Part shown: positions 59,803 through 64,000 of the stretch, one piece after another
Numbering within the stretch: position 1 is the first letter of the stretch
Layout: each line of letters opens with the position of its first letter
Assembly (NCBI GenBank): GCA_963826785.1
Contig: CAWGYD010000011.1
Coordinates: 1-64,000 of the forward strand
Direction of reading: 5' to 3'
From: an uncultured delta proteobacterium
Lineage (GTDB): Bacteria > Desulfobacterota > Desulfobacteria > Desulfobacterales > Desulfosalsimonadaceae
DNA: 64,000 nucleotides
Position numbers and translations under genes: made by a program
The notes under the pieces: model-generated
What the model was told of the DNA's origin: nothing
Seen by the model: only the letters and a program-made list of their open reading frames with translations
Database searches by the model: none

Positions 59803-60894
59803 ATGAATTATCGCGTTCTATGCATCACGGATCGAAGCGATCTTCCCGAATCCGAACTGTTTATCCGCCTGCACAAGGCCGGTGTGGACATCGAAATCGC
59901 CTGCAATCCCACCGGACGATTCCACGACCGGCTGGTAGCTTCCGGCATCCCCATACACGAACTCACTTTAAAGAGCCGGTTTTCCCCCCGGGGCATCCAA
60001 TCCATCAGACGGATTCTGGATGCCGGATCTTATGACATCCTCTACTGCTTCAATAACAAGGCGACATCCAATGCCCTCTTGTCCCTGGGGGGACGAAACA
60101 TCAAAATGATGACCTACCGGGGAACCGTGGGGAACCTGAGCTTTTTCTCCCCGGCCTCATGGACCACCCATCTAAATCCCCGGGTGAACCGGATTATCTG
60201 CGTATCTGAGGCCGTACGGGACCATCTGATCCATATGCGCAAAATGGGCTTTCGGATCCGGCCCGAACGCGCAGTGGCCATCTACAAGGGCCACGACCTG
60301 GACTGGTATCGCCGTCCCCCCGCTGATCTTTTGGAATTTTCGATTTTAAAAGATGATTTCGTTGTGGGATTTGCCGGCCGGAACCGGCCGCACAAGGGGG
60401 CCCATGTCATCGTGGAAGCCACCCGGCACCTGCCCGCGAATCTGCCCATTCATTTCATCCTGATGGGCAGAATTTCTGAAAATAAGCAGCTTCGTCAACA
60501 GATTGAAAAGAGCGCCTATAAGGAAAAAATCCATTTGACCGGATTTCGGGCGGATGCGCCGGCCGTGACCGCCGCCTGTGATGCGTTTGTCATGCCGTCC
60601 ACCAAACGGGAGGGGCTTTCACGGGCGGTCATAGAGGCCATGGCCTGCGGGGTGGCGCCCATCGTCACCAATGTGGGCGGCCTGCCTGAACTGGTTGAAC
60701 AGGGAAAATCCGGGCTGGTGATCCCGCCCGATGACCCGGCCGCGCTGGCCGGGGCCGTCATGGACCTGTTTTCGCACCCGGAGAAGAAGAAGGCATTCGG
60801 TCTGGCGGCCCAGGAGCGGATCGGCACCCATTTCAACATCGACCGGACGGTCGCCGAAACCATCAAGGTATTCGAAGAACTGGCCGGAACCTGA
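59803..60894 (+). CDS. glycosyltransferase family 4
   Basis: ICVSEAV, RPHKG, EGLSRAVIEAMACG, TNVGGLPE. Confidence 0.92.
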   Translation: MNYRVLCITDRSDLPESELFIRLHKAGVDIEIACNPTGRFHDRLVASGIPIHELTLKSRFSPRGIQSIRRILDAGSYDILYCFNNKATSNALLSLGGRNIKMMTYRGTVGNLSFFSPASWTTHLNPRVNRIICVSEAVRDHLIHMRKMGFRIRPERAVAIYKGHDLDWYRRPPADLLEFSILKDDFVVGFAGRNRPHKGAHVIVEATRHLPANLPIHFILMGRISENKQLRQQIEKSAYKEKIHLTGFRADAPAVTAACDAFVMPSTKREGLSRAVIEAMACGVAPIVTNVGGLPELVEQGKSGLVIPPDDPAALAGAVMDLFSHPEKKKAFGLAAQERIGTHFNIDRTVAETIKVFEELAGT

Positions 60895-60913
60895 AATCCC
60901 GTTGCCCCTGCCC

Positions 60914-61951
60914 TCACCAGTGATAGTAGCCCAGTTTCTTACGGATTTTCAATCGTCTGACCAGGTTGACGGGTTTTTTCCGCAGACGCCCGCTTGAATT
61001 CTGGATGAAACGGTCGGCGGCATCGAAAACCCGGAAACTGGACCGTCCGTCGCGGTACGGGTGAATCCAGTCCGCATACGCCCGGATTTTTTCCATCAGC
61101 GGCTCCGGCCGGGTCAGGACATGACCAATAGCCGCTTCCAGGCTTGCGGGATCGGTGACGTTGCGCATGTACGGTTCAGGGGCCCGGTTATTGAATGTCA
61201 CCACCGGTTTGTGCAGCAGAATAAACTCCGAGATTACCGAGGTGGTGTCCGAGACCATGCAGTCGGCCGATTTCAGCAGTGGTATGATATCGTCCGTCTT
61301 TACGAAACTCAGGTTCTCCCCCTGGATGCCCTGGTATTTTGCAATGACATCCGGATCCATTTTGGGATGAAAAGTGATCTTCCATTTCCACTTCCCGCTT
61401 TCCGCCAGTTGCCGTACGGTTTCAAACAGCAGCGGGGCTGCGCTCAGCCGGGGGGTAAATGTGGACGTCAGCAGGATCTCGGGTCTCTCCTTGTTTTTTT
61501 CAACGGCGGGCGGCGGGCTGAAAAGGGGATCCATTTTCGGCCATCCGGTTTCAGCCACCTCGAAGAATCCGTGTTTTCGGGCCAATTCCGTAAATGGCCC
61601 GGTGGTATCCGGTCCCTGGGTGCAGTACAGGTCAAAAAAATTGCGGATACGGAAATGCCCCCGGCCGCTGCTTCGTTTCCTGGCATGAAACCCATGAAAT
61701 ACTTCGACTTTAATGCCGGGAAAGAAATCGGGAACCGTGTTTCCCGGAACAAAAACCGCATCGGGGCGATACGCCATAACTGATTCGATTGTCGATAATT
61801 GCCTTTCACCCGGGCGCAGATAGGGCCCCAGGCGCAAATCGTCCTCTAAAAACCAGGCGGCCTCGTCCCCCCGCTCCCGGATAGCCGCCTGGAGCGGCCG
61901 GACAATGGAAAACGCGTACAACTCCGAGATGTAAAACAGGTATTTATTCAT
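60914..61951 (-). CDS. CDP-glycerol glycerophosphotransferase family protein
   Basis: VFHG, TGWPKMD, TFHPK, VSDTTSV..EF..KPVVTF, DGRSS. Confidence 0.85.
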   Translation of the reverse strand: MNKYLFYISELYAFSIVRPLQAAIRERGDEAAWFLEDDLRLGPYLRPGERQLSTIESVMAYRPDAVFVPGNTVPDFFPGIKVEVFHGFHARKRSSGRGHFRIRNFFDLYCTQGPDTTGPFTELARKHGFFEVAETGWPKMDPLFSPPPAVEKNKERPEILLTSTFTPRLSAAPLLFETVRQLAESGKWKWKITFHPKMDPDVIAKYQGIQGENLSFVKTDDIIPLLKSADCMVSDTTSVISEFILLHKPVVTFNNRAPEPYMRNVTDPASLEAAIGHVLTRPEPLMEKIRAYADWIHPYRDGRSSFRVFDAADRFIQNSSGRLRKKPVNLVRRLKIRKKLGYYHW

Positions 61952-62795
61952 CCGCCGGTTTCTTTCCCGACGCCTGCAGTTTCGCCGTTTGTCGCAGCGT
62001 CCATAACCCGGCATACTTGTTGAAGCTGCTCTGGCTGTACATCACCGCCACCAGGAATCCCACCCGGCCGTCTAAAAACCCCAGGCGAAAAATATAAATC
62101 AGGACAAAGGTCAACAGGGCCCGCACGGCGGCGCCGGTGATCCCGAACCCGGTTTTTCCGTCCTGAAACCTCTTCTGTGCGCCGATCCATGCATAGGTCC
62201 GGTTCTTGTAGAGGTAATGGCCGAAGTCCCGGTGGGTGTGGTGGAGCAGCCGCCCTTTTAGTTTCCCGATGCGGCCCGGCGGCAGAACGATCTTGCCGTG
62301 AATGACCGTCGGGGTAAATCGCGCCCCTTTTCGCCGGAAGAGCCGCAGGGGCGCGCGCCCGGTCCGGCCGTGATACAGTTTTCTGCCGAACACGATGGTC
62401 AGCCACTGCAGCTTGAACCCCATTTCACCCGGCGAACCGCTCAAAACCGCATCCATCTCCTGAAGCAGACCGGGGCTCAACTGCTCGTCCGCATCGATGC
62501 ACAGCACCCATTCGCAGGTGGCCTTTTCCAGGGCGCGCTGCTTCTGCGGGCCGTCTCCCGGCCAGTCTTCGGTGATATGAACATTTGGCGTGTACTGCCG
62601 GGCGATTTCCACCGTCCGGTCCGTGCTGCCGCTGTCAAACACGATGATTTCATCGGCGATGGAGGCCACCGATTTCAGGCAGTTCTCAATCCGGTCCGCC
62701 TCATTCATCGCCACCATGATGATCGACAGGGTGTAATTTTTCCGCCGGGCACCCTGGCTCTCTTTTCCCAGGGGAGGAAAGGTTCTGGGCTGCAT
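61944..62795 (-). CDS. glycosyltransferase family 2 (WaaE/KdtX-like LPS core)
   Basis: NEADRI, DSGSTD, W.G.GPQKQRAL, IDADE, GFLDGRVG. Confidence 0.9.
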   Translation of the reverse strand: MQPRTFPPLGKESQGARRKNYTLSIIMVAMNEADRIENCLKSVASIADEIIVFDSGSTDRTVEIARQYTPNVHITEDWPGDGPQKQRALEKATCEWVLCIDADEQLSPGLLQEMDAVLSGSPGEMGFKLQWLTIVFGRKLYHGRTGRAPLRLFRRKGARFTPTVIHGKIVLPPGRIGKLKGRLLHHTHRDFGHYLYKNRTYAWIGAQKRFQDGKTGFGITGAAVRALLTFVLIYIFRLGFLDGRVGFLVAVMYSQSSFNKYAGLWTLRQTAKLQASGKKPADE

Positions 62796-63172
62796 CAGCG
62801 ATACCGGACATATTCTTTTTCTTCCATGACTTCGGAGCCGTACTTGATATTGATCTGCTTTTTCACCTCAGCCCGCTCATCGTTGGTGAAATAAACGCTG
62901 CGGGCCAGGCCGATGAATTCCTGGTCGAATTCCTGTTTCGCCTCCTTGTTCCGGATGAGGTCCTCGATCTCCCAGAGCTTTCTGTTGATGGTTTCAAGGC
63001 GGACAAATTCATCCGAATCCGTGCCGATGCCGGCAGAGGCCATTGAATCGCTCAGAATTCCATATTCCTTCTCGATATTGGCCCGCTTTTTTTCATCCTT
63101 GATCTTCTGCCGTTTAATGGACAGGATGGAAACCTTGTCCACTAATTCCCCCACTGAAACTTCCACCTTCAT
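62795..63172 (-). CDS. DUF6165-like small protein (start may be 63181)
   Basis: VSVGELVDK, LWEIED.IR, LARSVYFTND.R, EEKEY. Confidence 0.78.
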   Translation of the reverse strand: MKVEVSVGELVDKVSILSIKRQKIKDEKKRANIEKEYGILSDSMASAGIGTDSDEFVRLETINRKLWEIEDLIRNKEAKQEFDQEFIGLARSVYFTNDERAEVKKQINIKYGSEVMEEKEYVRYR

Positions 63173-63325
63173 GCCATGCATCCCTTCCCCTGTCTATGGG
63201 CTGAACACAAAGCCCATATTTTCGCATTTTCCAATGATTTGTCGGTTAATGGATTGATTTTTTGAAAAAAACTTTATAGATTCAACTTTTTTTGTGCAAG
63301 CAAAAAAGTTTTTATGAGGATGGCC

Positions 63326-64000
63326 ATGCCGAAAGTCGATGCTCAGAATATCTGCCTGATCCGGACCTCCGCCCTGGGGGATACGGTGCATGCCATGGCG
63401 TTTGTAAACGGGCTGCGCAAAGGCTATCCCAATGCCCGACTGACCTGGATACTGCAGAATATCCCATATGAAATGGTGCGGCATCAGCCGGGTATCGACC
63501 GGTTCATCCCCTTTGACCGAAAAGGGGATTTGAAAGCCTGGATCGGGCGCTGCTGCACACCATTCGCAAAGGAATTTTATGACCTGCTGATCGTCCCCCA
63601 AGTCAGTGCCAAGGCCAGCCTGCTGGCAGCATTTGTCCGGGCGAGGGTCAAAATCGGCTATGATCGAAACCGCTCCGATTTCCTGCACCAATGGGCCGTT
63701 CGCGAACACATCCCGGCCCGGCCGGTGCAGCACGCCCGGGACCAGTTCTTCGAATTCCTGGAGTATCTGGAGATCTCAAAACCCGATGACGAGCCCTGTT
63801 TTTGTTTTACCCGTGAGGAGCGGCAATGGAAAAAATCTTTTTTCGGAAACATTGAACGGCCGGTGATCGGTTTTGTGGTTTCTTCGTCCAATCCGGACAA
63901 GGATTGGGACCCGGAGGGGTATTCCCGGGTCATTGACCATGTGGAAGAAAACCTTGGATTTCAGCCGATGCTGATTGGCGGCCCGGGCAGCGTGGAAGCC
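63326..64000 (+). CDS. glycosyltransferase family 9 (heptosyltransferase), truncated by the window edge
   Basis: Hand-translated: ICLIRTSALGDTVH, YPNARLTW, YDLLIVPQ, KIGYD, KDW, LIGGP; open to the edge, so absent from the ORF track. Confidence 0.9.
   Translation, partial: MPKVDAQNICLIRTSALGDTVHAMAFVNGLRKGYPNARLTWILQNIPYEMVRHQPGIDRFIPFDRKGDLKAWIGRCCTPFAKEFYDLLIVPQVSAKASLLAAFVRARVKIGYDRNRSDFLHQWAVREHIPARPVQHARDQFFEFLEYLEISKPDDEPCFCFTREERQWKKSFFGNIERPVIGFVVSSSNPDKDWDPEGYSRVIDHVEENLGFQPMLIGGPGSVEA

Overview
A 64-kb, moderately GC-rich, mostly housekeeping chromosomal segment. Gene content and intergenic repeats suggest an anaerobic Desulfobacterota (Desulfobacterales-like) organism; this is inference, as no rRNA is present. 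From left to right it holds: a DegT-family aminotransferase coupled to bioF-bioD-bioA; dnaE, guaB and a YciO/Sua5 protein; lpxL-hisC-cmk-rpsA; a tesB / saccharopine-dehydrogenase-like / FGGY-kinase run; a Phd-RelE toxin-antitoxin pair; lemA-TPM-TPM; a six-gene 2-hydroxyacyl-CoA-dehydratase/activase + CCG/FAD oxidoreductase operon; U32 peptidase + radical SAM; a glutaredoxin-TrxR fusion; a split pstSCA / phoBR-pstB-phoU locus; two SYLF paralogues; a porin; argJ, truA, ClC and an aminotransferase; and the start of an LPS core/ligase cluster. I found no tRNA, rRNA, CRISPR array, prophage or transposase. About eight single-base indels (including one in essential rpsA) point to assembly error rather than pseudogenes. 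The most notable signals are: a GEMM (c-di-GMP-I)-like variant structured RNA at ~55982-56117; six phased Pho-box half-sites ahead of an unannotated porin; a long structured guaB leader; a shared promoter motif at both SYLF genes; a TrxR lacking its NADPH motif; tandem WaaL paralogues with reciprocal catalytic-residue changes; and several REP/MITE families.
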